In this document: piece by piece, positions 53,476-64,000 of the stretch
Numbering within the stretch: position 1 is the first letter of the stretch
Layout of the letters: each line of letters begins with the position of its first letter
From: an uncultured Nitrospinota bacterium
GTDB lineage: Bacteria; Tectomicrobia; Entotheonellia; J063; CAVPRW01
Direction of reading: 5' to 3'
Assembly (NCBI GenBank): GCA_963707985.1
Contig: CAVPRW010000002.1
Span: 132,675 to 196,674, forward strand
Length of the DNA stretch: 64,000 nucleotides
Position numbers and translations under genes: made by a program
The notes under the pieces: generated by a model
What the model saw: the letters and a program-made list of their open reading frames with translations, nothing else
Told to the model about the DNA's origin: nothing
Database searches by the model: none

Positions 53476-54135
53476 TTACTGCGGATAGATCCGGCGATAG
53501 ACCCCAGGCGACCCGGCCAAATGCGTCATGACATCGCGCATGCGGCCGGACCGGGGCGATGACCCCTCCCGCTGCTTATTCCAATCACTGGTCTCCGAGA
53601 CCTTTTCGTTCTCGAACTCATACACGGTGGCATAGCGTGATTCACCATCGATGATACGGTAGCGCCGGGCATAGATAACCCCGGAAACCTTGCGATACCC
53701 GGGGATATACTCACCGTTATACCACTCGTTCCACTCCTGATCGGCACTCTCAGGTACTGACATACGGCCGATCTGCAGGGCTGCTGCCATGCCCCGATCA
53801 GGCTTTTCGGAATCAGCCGGGAAGATCTGCTCCCCAATGGCGCGCGACAGGTTCTTGCCGATGACCGTCGGCGAGATGCGCCGACTCCAAGGACTGGGAT
53901 TCGCCCGCCACTTCTGGAACTCGGCGGTCTTCAGCGCCTCCGCGCTGTCGAGCTCGTACACCGCCAGATACCTGGGCACGCCCTTGTATGCCACGTAACG
54001 TGCGGCATCCAAGAAGCCTGGAAGGCTCAGCAGCTCGGGCAAATGCTCGGTGTTGTACCAGGCATTGAACTCATCCTCGTGCATCGGGTCGATGTCTGTA
54101 TATACCAGGAAAATTCCGCGGCCCTTCTTCGCCAT
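53476..54135 (-). CDS. DUF4286/EthD-like tandem dimeric alpha-beta barrel protein
   Basis: Duplicated EFNAWYN.EH.P / EWNEWYNGEY.P..ARRY..Y.AVYE. Confidence 0.75.
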   Translation of the reverse strand: MAKKGRGIFLVYTDIDPMHEDEFNAWYNTEHLPELLSLPGFLDAARYVAYKGVPRYLAVYELDSAEALKTAEFQKWRANPSPWSRRISPTVIGKNLSRAIGEQIFPADSEKPDRGMAAALQIGRMSVPESADQEWNEWYNGEYIPGYRKVSGVIYARRYRIIDGESRYATVYEFENEKVSETSDWNKQREGSSPRSGRMRDVMTHLAGSPGVYRRIYPQ

Positions 54136-54173
54136 GATAATCGCTCCTTTTCATCCAGCTTGTCGGTTAGACT

Positions 54174-54989
54174 TCAACTTTCTCCAGCCATCCCATCCAC
54201 GTAGAGACACTGCCCAGAGATGTAGCCTGCCTCGTCGGAGGCCAGGAAGATGACGGCCGCCGCCGGATCTTCCGGTTCGCCGATCCTCCCCAGCGGGATG
54301 CCGAGGCGAAACTGCGCTGCATCGCCTTTCAACATCTGCTCTTGCCGCACCTTGGCCTGTTCCGAAGTCTCGGGAAGGCCGGAGTTTTGGCGTAAGTTGG
54401 TCCGCGTCGGCCCTGGCCCGACCGCATTGACTGTGATGCCGCCATACGGGGCCAGCTCCAACGCCAGGCAGCGCGTGAAATGGATCACGGCGGCCTTGGA
54501 GATACAGTAGGGGCCGAGTTCCAGACGAGGCACCTTGCCCGCGATCGAGGCGATATTGATAATACGTCCGCTGCGGCGCTTGATCATGTCACGTGCAGCG
54601 CATTGGGCACAGTGCCAGACGCCTTTCAGGTTGATGGCGAAGACCCGCTGTAATTCCGCTGGCGTCGTCTCCAGCAACGGTTTCGGAGACAGCGCCACAC
54701 CGGCCGCATTGACCAGGATGTCAATGCGGCTGAACTCATCGAGTGTGCGCCTGGTCGCGGCCTCGATTTGCTCAGGTCTTGACACGTCGACGCGCACCGG
54801 CAAAGACCGCACCCCAAGGTTTTTGACCTCATCGGCGACGCTAGCGGCATTGAACCCATTGACATCCCACACGGCCACGCGCGCGCCCTGCTTTCCCAAC
54901 CCGAGCGCACACGCACGACCGATCCCCGACCCGCCTCCGGTGATGATCGCCGTCTTGCCCGTAAAGGCCACCGTGGTCACTCCTCTCAC
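54174..54989 (-). CDS. SDR oxidoreductase
   Basis: TGGGSGIG, VNAAG, YCISK, VDG. Confidence 0.93.
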   Translation of the reverse strand: MRGVTTVAFTGKTAIITGGGSGIGRACALGLGKQGARVAVWDVNGFNAASVADEVKNLGVRSLPVRVDVSRPEQIEAATRRTLDEFSRIDILVNAAGVALSPKPLLETTPAELQRVFAINLKGVWHCAQCAARDMIKRRSGRIINIASIAGKVPRLELGPYCISKAAVIHFTRCLALELAPYGGITVNAVGPGPTRTNLRQNSGLPETSEQAKVRQEQMLKGDAAQFRLGIPLGRIGEPEDPAAAVIFLASDEAGYISGQCLYVDGMAGES

Positions 54990-55774
54990 ACCAGCTTCGC
55001 CATCCCATCGACATAGAGAATATGCCCGGTGATCTGGGCCGCCGCCTCGGAAGCGAGGAACAGCACGGCCGCCGCCTGATCCTCCGGGGTGCTCAGCCGA
55101 CCCGTCGGGATGCCGAGCCTGAAGCCCTCCGGATCACCTGCCACCGCCATGCGGTTAGGCGCTTCGAGGGCTGCACCAGTCGTGGGGATAGCCTGAATCA
55201 TAGGCGTATCGGTTGGGCCTGGAGCAATGGCATTCACGGTGACCCCTCGGCTCGCCAGTTCCAGCGCCAAGCACTTGGTAAACATTTTCACGCCTGCTTT
55301 GGTGACGCAATAATGCCCCATGTCCAGGCGAGGCAAGTCGCCAGCGACCGAAGCCACATTGATGATCCTGCCGTACTGGCGACGCAGCATCTCACGAGCA
55401 GCCGCCTGGGCGCAGAAAATCGTCCCCATCAAATTGATGTCCCAATGCTCGTCCCAGAGGCTGTCCGGCATGTCGAGAAGATTGACGGGCTGGCGTAAGA
55501 TGCCGGCGGAGTTGAACAGGATGTCGAGTTTGCCGCAGGTGCGGGAGATATCACCGACCACGGCCTCGACACGCGGGCTATCGGCGACATCCAACTCGAA
55601 GGTCAGTGGGGTGACCCCAATACGCGCGATCGCCGTTGCTGCGCTGTCAAGCGCGGCACGGTTCACATCACACAGTGCCACCCTGACGCCTGCCTGGGCC
55701 AAAGCCCTGGCGGTGGCAAGGCCGATGCCCGACCCTGCACCTGTGACCATGGCGACTTTTCCAGGGAACCCCAT
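54986..55774 (-). CDS. SDR oxidoreductase (paralogue of the adjacent SDR)
   Basis: TGAGSGIG, YCVTK; shares FRLGIP and CLALELA with its neighbour. Confidence 0.93.
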   Translation of the reverse strand: MGFPGKVAMVTGAGSGIGLATARALAQAGVRVALCDVNRAALDSAATAIARIGVTPLTFELDVADSPRVEAVVGDISRTCGKLDILFNSAGILRQPVNLLDMPDSLWDEHWDINLMGTIFCAQAAAREMLRRQYGRIINVASVAGDLPRLDMGHYCVTKAGVKMFTKCLALELASRGVTVNAIAPGPTDTPMIQAIPTTGAALEAPNRMAVAGDPEGFRLGIPTGRLSTPEDQAAAVLFLASEAAAQITGHILYVDGMAKLV

Positions 55775-55796
55775 CCTGCACCCCCCGCGCCTAAGA

Positions 55797-55931
55797 CTCC
55801 CTCTCCCCGTGGGAGAGGGCCGGGGTGAGGGAAGCCAAACTGTTCGATGATGCGCTGCCGCCCTCACCCTAACCCTCTCCCGGAGGGAGAGGGGAGAAAC
55901 CTAGCCAGAAAGTCCCCCGGGGAGAGGGGAC
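55797..55931. repeat. REP-like palindromic cluster
   Basis: CCCTCTCCCCGTGGGAGAGGGCCGGGGTGAGGG...CCCTCACCCTAACCCTCTCCCGGAGGGAGAGGG. Confidence 0.75.
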
Positions 55932-55940
55932 TATGAGCCT

Positions 55941-58181
55941 TTACTTCTTCTGTTCCCGCATTGCCTTCAGTACCTTTTCCGGCGTCAACGGCAGGCTGGT
56001 GACGCGCACGCCGATGGCATCGTAGATCGCGTTCGCGACGGCGGCGGCGGTGGGCACGATCGGCGGCTCGCCCACGCCTTTAGCGCCGTAGGGAGTCGCG
56101 GCGGCGCTGATCGGTTCCTCGATCAACACGGTCTTGACCTTGGGTACATCCATAATGCTCGGCAATTTGTAGTCAAGCAGGTGGGGGTTCATCATGCGGC
56201 CGGTAGTATCGAACTTCATCTCCTCCGACAGCGCGTAGCCCAACCCCTGCACTGCTCCCCCCTGAATCTGGCCTTCGACGGCCATCGGATTCAGGGCAAA
56301 GCCGACGTCCTGTAACGCCGTCAGGTTCAGCACCTTCACCTCTCCGGTGTCAGGGTCGACCTCGACTTCAGCCACCTGAATCGCATAATTCACCGACGGC
56401 GGCAGATTCCGAGAGCTGAACGAAGCCAGCGGCGGGCCGCCCTTCTGGGTGGCGCTGCGCGTATAGAGCTCGCGTAGGGTCAGGCCACGTTCTGGCGAGC
56501 CCTTGACGAAGACGCGGCCATCTTTCATGTCCAGATCGTTGACATTGGCCTCAAGCGCATCGGCAGCGGTCTCAACAAGCTGCTGGCGCAAAGCTTCGGT
56601 GGCTTTTTTCACCGTATAGCCCATGCTCCGCGCGATATTGCTGCCGGCACTGATCGGCGCCACCGGCGCACTGTCGGTATCGCCCGTGGTCACCTGCACG
56701 CGGTTCACCCCGAGGCCCATCTCCTCGGCCACGATCTGCGCCAGCACGGTATGCGTGCCGGTGACATCCACCGAGCCGGTCATGACCGAGACGCTGCCGT
56801 CTTCGTTGAGCTTGACGGAGTTGCTGCCGGGCATGCCGCCGGAGGTCCAGAACGCACAGCCCATGCCGAACCCGTGGTTCTTCACTTTGGGTGTGCTGCG
56901 CCAACCCGACTCCTCGACTGCACGGTCAAGCATCATCTCCAGATCGGCAGCGTCCTGCGTGGGACCGATCGTCGTCGGGTCGCCACGTTTGAGGGCATTC
57001 TTCTTGCGAAATTCGATGCGATCCAGGCCCAGGCCCAGGGCGATCTCGTCCATATGCTGTTCAAGCCCAAAGACGATCTGCGGGCTGCCGGGAGCCCGAA
57101 AGGCCGCGCATGGCGGCTGATTGGTATACACCACATAGCCCTGCGCCAGCATATGCGGAATCCGATACGGGCCAGAGATACGATTGGAGATATTGGCGGC
57201 AAAGTCAAAGGCGGCAGTGGCGTAGGCGCCGGTGCCGAACCAGAACTTGGCCTCGCGAGCGACCATGGTGCCATCGCGCTTCACGCCGGTTTTGACCTCG
57301 AAGATGCAAGGGCGTCGCGGCGTGGTGGAGAGGAAATCCTCTTCCCGATCCATGATCATCTTCACCGGTTTCCCAGTCTTGCGGGACAGCAGCACGGCTG
57401 GCGGCTCCAGGACCAGCGTATTCTTGCCGCCGAATCCGCCACCAATTTCGGTGCCGATGAGGCGAATGCGGCTGTGTGAGGTCTGCAGGGCCTCGGCGAG
57501 CGCGTTGCGGATGGTAAACTGCCCCTGCGTGGTGGTCCAGACATGAATTTTCCCGTCAGGATCAACCTTGGCGACGGCCACGTGGGGCTCGATGTACCCC
57601 TGATGGGCCATGGCCACCTCATAACGCCCTGCAAAGATCTGGTCAGCTTCCTGGAAGCCCTTTTCGACGTCACCGACCTTCAGCTCAGCATTATTGACCA
57701 CATTGCCTTTGCGCGCCAGGTTGGCCGGAGCGCGATAGCTTTCCCAGCCCTCATGGACGAGCGTGGCGGTGGGGTCAGCAGCCTTCTGCGGATCGATGAC
57801 CGCCGGCAACGGTTCATATTCCACCTCGATTAGGTGCAGAGCCTGTTCGGCGATGTGCTGATCCGTCGCCGCCACGGCCGCGATGGGTTCGCCCATATAG
57901 CGGACTTTATCGCGGGCAAAGATCGGGCGGTCTTTGATCACCCCTCCGGCGAGCGCTTCTGGAGCATCCTTGGCGGTTACCACCGCCTTCACCCCTGGCA
58001 GGCTTTCGGCCTTACTGGTATCGATGCGAAGGATGCGTGCGTGTCCGTGCGGGCTGCGCAACACCTTCCCATGGAGGAGGCCGGGAAGCTGCACATCATC
58101 GCCAAAAATCGCTCTGCCGGTGACGCGCACATCGGCGTCGATACGGGTAATACCTTTCCCGACAACGGAATATTCAGGCAT
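55941..58181 (-). CDS. Xanthine dehydrogenase family molybdopterin-binding (large) subunit
   Basis: RSPHGHARI, GGGFGGK, AFRAPG, QIQGGAVQGLG, KGVGEPP. Confidence 0.94.
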   Translation of the reverse strand: MPEYSVVGKGITRIDADVRVTGRAIFGDDVQLPGLLHGKVLRSPHGHARILRIDTSKAESLPGVKAVVTAKDAPEALAGGVIKDRPIFARDKVRYMGEPIAAVAATDQHIAEQALHLIEVEYEPLPAVIDPQKAADPTATLVHEGWESYRAPANLARKGNVVNNAELKVGDVEKGFQEADQIFAGRYEVAMAHQGYIEPHVAVAKVDPDGKIHVWTTTQGQFTIRNALAEALQTSHSRIRLIGTEIGGGFGGKNTLVLEPPAVLLSRKTGKPVKMIMDREEDFLSTTPRRPCIFEVKTGVKRDGTMVAREAKFWFGTGAYATAAFDFAANISNRISGPYRIPHMLAQGYVVYTNQPPCAAFRAPGSPQIVFGLEQHMDEIALGLGLDRIEFRKKNALKRGDPTTIGPTQDAADLEMMLDRAVEESGWRSTPKVKNHGFGMGCAFWTSGGMPGSNSVKLNEDGSVSVMTGSVDVTGTHTVLAQIVAEEMGLGVNRVQVTTGDTDSAPVAPISAGSNIARSMGYTVKKATEALRQQLVETAADALEANVNDLDMKDGRVFVKGSPERGLTLRELYTRSATQKGGPPLASFSSRNLPPSVNYAIQVAEVEVDPDTGEVKVLNLTALQDVGFALNPMAVEGQIQGGAVQGLGYALSEEMKFDTTGRMMNPHLLDYKLPSIMDVPKVKTVLIEEPISAAATPYGAKGVGEPPIVPTAAAVANAIYDAIGVRVTSLPLTPEKVLKAMREQKK

Positions 58182-58353
58182 AGTTGAAGTCCTTACATGC
58201 AAGGGTTGATGTCGACCCGAACCCTGCTGATCCAACTGGCTGGGAAGCCCTGAAAATTTGGCCTATTGTACATCAGCCAGCCTCAAATGCAAGCGCCTTA
58301 CCGGTCTGAAACCAACTTCGCGGGCAGATGACCATCACCAGGTGTCGATTGCG

Positions 58354-59199
58354 CTACTGCAGCTCCGTTCGCCGGAGGTGGGGGTCGGTGAGATCGCGGG
58401 CCCAATCGCCGAGGCGATTGAAGCTCAATGCCGTCAGCATGAGGGCCACTCCAGGAAAGGTGGCAATCCACCATGCACTCAGCAGATACTCGCGACCATC
58501 ACTCAGCATGCCTCCCCAACTGGGGGTGGGGGGCTGAATCCCCAGCCCAAGAAAGCTCAGCGTCGATTCCAAAATGATCGTGCGCGCCAGATCGAGCGTG
58601 GCCACCACGATCAAGGGCGACAGGATATTCGGCAGGATATGGCGGCAAACAATGCGCCATTGACTTCCACCCTGGGCCCTGATCGCCTCCACAAATTCCT
58701 TCTCGCGCACACTCAGGACCTGGCCACGGGCAATGCGGGCATAGGTCACCCAGCCGCTGATGCCAATGACGATCACCAGGTTGATGAAACTCGGGCCGAG
58801 GACGGCGATGATCGCGATCGCCAATAAGATGGTCGGAAAGGCGAGTTGCATGTCGGCCACGGCCATGATGATCTCATCGGTCCGTCCACCGAGGAATCCC
58901 GCTGCCACTCCCAAGGCGATTCCCAAAGCTCCACCGATGGCCACCGCTGCAAAGCCGACGACGAGGGACACGCGTGACCCATAGATCATTCGGCTCACGA
59001 GGTCGCGGCCGAGATGGTCGGTGCCCAGGAGATATCGCCATTCGCCATGCTCAGCCCAAACCGGCGGTAGGAGACGGTCGATCAAGCGCTCGCGAATGGG
59101 GTTATGCGGGGCGATAAAGGGCGACAAGAGTGCGGTGGCGACTAGCCCCACGAGGATCAGCCAACTGCTCACAACCAGCGGAGAAAGCCGCCTACTCAT
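58354..59199 (-). CDS. Peptide/nickel ABC transporter permease (DppC-like)
   Basis: LGTDHLGRD, EFVEA.RAQG, LSFLGLG..PSWG. Confidence 0.93.
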   Translation of the reverse strand: MSRRLSPLVVSSWLILVGLVATALLSPFIAPHNPIRERLIDRLLPPVWAEHGEWRYLLGTDHLGRDLVSRMIYGSRVSLVVGFAAVAIGGALGIALGVAAGFLGGRTDEIIMAVADMQLAFPTILLAIAIIAVLGPSFINLVIVIGISGWVTYARIARGQVLSVREKEFVEAIRAQGGSQWRIVCRHILPNILSPLIVVATLDLARTIILESTLSFLGLGIQPPTPSWGGMLSDGREYLLSAWWIATFPGVALMLTALSFNRLGDWARDLTDPHLRRTELQ

Positions 59200-60109
59200 A
59201 GCGAATACGTGGGTCGAGGACAGTGTAGAGCAGATCGACCGCAAAGTTGATCATGACGAAAAACGCCGCGGCGATGAACACTGACGCCTGCACCACCGGG
59301 TAGTCACGATTGTAGATCCCCTGAATCGCCAGACGACCGATGCCAGGCCACGAGAAGACTGTCTCGGTCACCACCGCGCCGCTGAGCAGCGCCCCGAATT
59401 GCAGCCCCATAATCGTCACCACAGGGATGGCGGCATTTTTCAGCGCGTGCTTCCAGATCACTCGGCGATTGCTGAGCCCTTTGGCACGTGCCGTGTTGAT
59501 GTAGTCGAGGCGCAGCACATCGAGCATGGCAGACCGCGTCAAGCGCGCAATGCTCGCCATGGCGAAGGCACCCAGCGTAAGCGCGGGCATGACCAGATGC
59601 GCTAACGTCCCACGCCCGCCGATGGGAAACCAGCGCAGCTCAAGGCCAAAGGCCAGAATCAGCATGATGCCGATCCAAAATGTTGGCGCCGATTGGCCGA
59701 TCAGCGTGAGAGTCATCACCGCCTGGTCGCAAAGGCTATGGGGCCACACGGCGGCGAGAATGCCGAGCGGCAATGCCACCACCGCGGCGACGCAGAAGGC
59801 CGCAAAGGAGAGCTCCAGGGTTGCCCACAGGTGCGAGCGCACCAGCGCCATGGCCGGCTCCCGATGTCGCAGGGATTCGCCGAAGTTACCGACCACCGAG
59901 TTGCCCAGGAAGGTCAGGTATTGGAGCAGGAGCGGGTCGTCTAATCCTAAGTCGTGCCGCAGCCGCATGACATCCTCGACGCTCGCCTCCTGCGGTAACA
60001 GGAGCATGGCCGGGTCGCCAGAGAGCCGCAGCACAACGAAGACAATCGTCGATATCCCCCAGAGAGCGAAGATGGCGCGCCCCAGGCGACGGATCAGGTA
60101 GCGTGGCAT
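59192..60109 (-). CDS. Peptide/nickel ABC transporter permease (DppB-like)
   Basis: DYINTARAKG, HALKNA, ETVFSWPGIG, DPRIR. Confidence 0.93.
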   Translation of the reverse strand: MPRYLIRRLGRAIFALWGISTIVFVVLRLSGDPAMLLLPQEASVEDVMRLRHDLGLDDPLLLQYLTFLGNSVVGNFGESLRHREPAMALVRSHLWATLELSFAAFCVAAVVALPLGILAAVWPHSLCDQAVMTLTLIGQSAPTFWIGIMLILAFGLELRWFPIGGRGTLAHLVMPALTLGAFAMASIARLTRSAMLDVLRLDYINTARAKGLSNRRVIWKHALKNAAIPVVTIMGLQFGALLSGAVVTETVFSWPGIGRLAIQGIYNRDYPVVQASVFIAAAFFVMINFAVDLLYTVLDPRIRYE

Positions 60110-60192
60110 AGATTCGGACGCAGCTGTTGATCCCCTTCAGCCTGCCGCTTTCGCGGCATGAGAGGGAAAATAGTCCCTGGCTCGAGCGCGCA

Positions 60193-61723
60193 CTACGGCG
60201 CCGGCTTGATATCGTAGACGACGACGATCTCGTCGCTCCGGGCTTTCCAGTTCAGGTCTTTCTTGAGCGCAAAGGTCTTTTCCGGCTGCAGCACGATCAA
60301 CACCGGGACCTCATCCAGGAAGATCTTCGCCGCCTGCTTGTATAGCGCGTCACGCTTGTGCGGATCTTGCAGGAAGCGGGCTTCACCCATCAGCCGATCC
60401 CATTCTGCATGACGCCAATAATCGACCAACCCACCGGGTTGCATCAGACGCCAAAACATACCGTCCGGATCCAGCAAGGTCGAGGTCGGATCGCCCAGCA
60501 ATAAGCCGTCGATCGCCTTTTGCCGGAGCTTCTGGGCGCGGACGGAGTACTCGATCAATTGCACCTTGGCGTTAATCCCAACCTCCTGGAACATAGCACC
60601 CACGGTTTCGGTCAGTTGCTTATCGTTCGCCAGGTAACCGACGGCTGACTCGATGACGATCTCTTCGCCCTTGTACCCGGCTTGTGCCAATAGCTCTTTA
60701 GCTTTCTTGGGATCGAACTCGAAGGCGGGCTTGCTCTTGTCGTAACCGACTCTTATCGACGTTGGGATAGGCATCATTGGGTACGACCCCGCGCCCTCGC
60801 CAGAGCTTGTTGACGATGGCCTGGCGGTCGAGTGCGTAATGCAGGGCCTGGCGCACGAGCTTATTATCGAGCGGCGGATTCTTCACATTCATATAATAGG
60901 CGAAGAAGCCGGCATAGAGAGCTCCCTCGACTTTCGCCGTGCCGCTCTTCTCAAGCACTTCGACCTGGTCGGGAGGGACGGCGGTGATCAGATCGACTTC
61001 TCCGGCGATGAGCGCCGCGATGCGCGCAGCGGTTTCCGGGTAAGGCCTGTAGATGACTTTGCTGTACGGAAGAGAGCCCCGCCAATAGCGTGTGTTGGCC
61101 TCGAACACCAGACGCTCGTTCTTCTTCCATTCGACAAACTTCAGGGCGCCGGTGCCAACGGGGTCTTTGCGAAACCCCTCCATCCCCACCTTCTCGAAGT
61201 ATTGTTTGGGCAGCATCATGCCACCGTAGTACGAGAGGCGAGTCGGTAGCAACGGATCGGCCTGCCTGGTGACAATGTTCACCGTCCCAGGATCGAGGAT
61301 GTCCACATGCTCGATGGTATTTAGCGCGGCGTACACGCTGGTGCGTGGATTCTCCGAGATGGCGCGTTCGAGCGAGAACTGCACATCTTCGGCACTGAAG
61401 CGATCGCCATTATGGAAAACGACTCCCTCGCGTAGCTTGAATTGCCACGTCTTGTCATCGATGCTCTTCCATGATATCGCAAGACCTGGTGTCAGGTTGA
61501 GGTTCTCGTCACGCGACACCAGGTTGTCATACAGATTGAAAAACACATTGATGTCCGAGGCGGACGTACTGTAGTGCGGATCAAGAAGACTGACGTCGGT
61601 CCCCTGACCGATGACCAAGTCGCGGGCTAATGCGAGGGGCGCAAGACTGCAGACCAGGACAAGGGTGATCAGCAGGGAGACCAGGTGTATCCTGCGGTGT
61701 TGGGTGGAGCACGGCATGATCAT
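60193..61723 (-). CDS. ABC transporter substrate-binding protein family 5, frameshift near 60755
   Basis: LDP, LYDNLV, FKLREGVVFHNG, PVGTG, VRQAL; FDPKKAKELL in the next frame. Confidence 0.9.
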
Positions 61724-61962
61724 TCCTCCTTACAAGCCTCCTTCACGAATCCCGTCTGGAAGAACAGGGTCCATGTCAATAGCCACTGTGTGTCCTGGAG
61801 TATTGTCAGCCCGCTCATTATTATGGCCTAGCCCCCGGAAAAGTCAATCGAAGTCGCTCGTGTCGGGCAAGCGAGAGGATACGACCCGTTCTTCCCGCCT
61901 TTCCAAAGGCGTTGCTGATAGTTGCGCTGCGAAATACTGAAGCCCAATATTTATCATAATAT

Positions 61963-62090
61963 CCCACGGTTCGCTCATTTGTCGTAACCCGTGATAATTT
62001 CAAGGGTTTTCGGGTTACCTGAAACTGCTTTTTTGAGGGTCGGTCCTCAATATTTTCAACACCTTAGAGCAAAAATGAGCGAACCGACGG
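61963..62090. mobile_element. MITE (128 bp) with IS1634-like ends
   Basis: TIRs CCCACGGTTCGCTCATTT and AAATGAGCGAACCGACGG (16/18 match); flanked by TAATAT and TAATAA. Confidence 0.7.
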
Positions 62091-62094
62091 TAAT

Positions 62095-64000
62095 AACCCA
62101 TATTTCGCTCGTCTGCATGATGAACCGGGAATTAAGACGAATCCAGCTCATCAAGTGGGCGACTCAGATAGTCCAAGGTGTAAATCGATTCCTCCAGACC
62201 CATCAGCTGGAGTACACGCGTTTGCAGCAGATTCAAGGGACTGATGACGATCTCTGCGGGATGCTCCGCCAGGATCACCTGCGTGACCGTGACGTGGCGG
62301 AAGACATGCAGCAGCGCCTCGGTCTTGGGCCGGTAGTCCGGCAGGCGGTTCGGCTTCAGCCCAATGAGGGGCTTGCCGCTGGCGGCGATCCGGCGCGCGA
62401 CCTCGCGCTCGACCAGGGTCAACAGCTGCAGCACCAGACCCCACCACGAAGAAAAACGCCTCGATGCGGTGGGGCTTCTTCAACAAGACCGGGGCCAAGA
62501 TGCCGGCGCCTTTCAGCCATTTGAAGCGCTGCTCCGGGTGGTACTGCTCCTTGTAGATGTCTCAGCGCCCTGGCCGTCGTCAGGGCCGGGTCGTTCGTGA
62601 TCAAGGGGAAGTAGCCGCCCAGCCATGTGGCCTTTTCGATGGCTGCCGGGAGCCACTGCCATTCCACGGTCCAGTGGACCTCGGGACCTCCTCATAGGAG
62701 GCCCGGGCCCCCGGACGACCGCGGCCTCGATACTGCTTCCGCGGTGGTTGTCGTCGCGACGACGCGATACGTCAGCAGGTCCCGGTGTGGTACCGCTTCA
62801 GGGTGGCTTCCAGGGCCTGCTACGATCGCCTCCTGGCTCTTCAAGGTGCGCTTCCCCAGCCGCTTCGGCAGCCCCTCCAAGAACGCCTGTGTCTTCTGGA
62901 GGCGACGCTCCAGGTGCGCATGCTTCTCAGCTCGCAACCGGGGGTTGCACACGATATGCACCGCACAGGGGTACTGCCTGCCCGCCGCATCAACCAGCGC
63001 TAGAGGGCCGACGGAAGCCGCGATACCATACCTCCTTCCCCGAGGCCTCCCGGCGGGGGAGCAGGTCTTCGACCGTGTTGGTCAACACCCACTCCTCCAG
63101 CTGCCGTTGGATGCCGGCATACCCCGGCAGCGGCGCCAGAAAGCGGCCCTGGTGCTGGATGATCGCGACCAGGTTGTCCTGGGTGGCCAACTTGCAATCG
63201 CCCACGAACAAGAAGTCGGTACGCCCCACCAGTGCTTTGACCTTCAGCCAATACTCGACATCGGTGCTGACGTCGGCCTGGTTCCCATCCTGAGCCTCCC
63301 AGAGCAGGGGCACACCGCCGTCGGCACTGACCGCCAAGCCGCCCTTGACTTGGTTCAAGTCGGGCCGGTGATCTTTGCTATGTCCCGGCACCAGGCGCAC
63401 GGGCAGTGCGGACTGTCGCGGGCGCGACCGGCGGGACGTCTGCCTCGGCTGTCCTGGCCGCCGCCGCCTCGTCCGGCGCCGCGTACCGGCCAAAGACCTT
63501 GAAGGAGGTGGTATCGTAATGGATCTGATCCACATGGACGTCAAACGTCTGCAGCAGAGTGCGCTGTCACGGTTCCCTGCAAGGCGCCAGGGCCAAACTT
63601 CCAGATGGCATCCAACGTATCTCCCAGATGATCATCGTGCCACGCCTTGGCGTCATAGTGGCGGAAAGAGCGTCCGCAGCACCGGTTCCTCCGCTGCAAA
63701 CGGTTCCATGCGATACAACGCGCAGATGCCCTGGAGCAGGCACGCGATCATCCCCGCCACGGCCTCTCCGTGGGTGGGCCCGACCCGACGGGGATCGACG
63801 GGCAGGTTGCGGTCAATGATCGGGATAAACCCCATCTTCTGGATCAGCGCCTTCAGGACTGGGGCCCGATCCGATGTGCTGTTGGATAAGTTCTTTCACC
63901 TGTGCCATGGCCCCCCTCCTTTTTCGGATGCAAGGGAGGAAGGTGGCAGAGGTGAGTCCTTAAATCAACGGTTCATTTTTCAAAGAGCGAAATGTCGGGT
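62095..64000 (-). mobile_element. IS1634-family element; transposase 63908-62132 with many frameshifts
   Basis: PGHSKDHRPDLNQV, DGNQAD, FVGDCKL, FPLITND, APVLLKKPHRIEA; TIRs AACCCATATTTCGCTC and GAGCGAAATGTCGGGT. Confidence 0.88.

Noticed and set aside
58182..58353. Moco riboswitch upstream of the Mo-hydroxylase
   Set aside because: No recognisable conserved motif
1..64000. CRISPR array, tRNA (including tRNA-Sec), rRNA
   Set aside because: No regularly spaced repeats or cloverleaf/rRNA signatures seen by eye

Overview
GC-rich bacterial chromosomal segment. It contains a glucose/pentose-phosphate cluster (GH15, tal, zwf, glk, rpe) and a ~6.2 kb decayed island bracketed by a 150-bp duplication of the rpe 3' end, which carries a HlyD remnant, IS fragments, a serine protease and an intact antitoxin/MazF pair. 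It also contains polA, a four-subunit 2-oxoacid:ferredoxin oxidoreductase, a thiolase/DUF35 pair, a MaoC pair, a cheR-cheW-mcp-cheA-cheB chemosensory cluster with a hybrid kinase, a Mo-hydroxylase large subunit with SDRs and a peptide-type ABC transporter, and an IS1634-type element beside a MITE. The main hidden signal is two genes the ORF track splits at an in-frame TGA lying at a catalytic Cys position, each followed by a SECIS-like hairpin. One is an OsmC-like selenoprotein (18007-18474). The other is a UxxC glutaredoxin-DinB fusion selenoprotein (30942-31705), directly downstream of an orphan reductive-dehalogenase-like corrinoid/Fe-S gene. Many isolated single-base frameshifts, including one in polA, look like sequencing or assembly indels. 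All family calls come from motif recognition by eye; no database searches were run.
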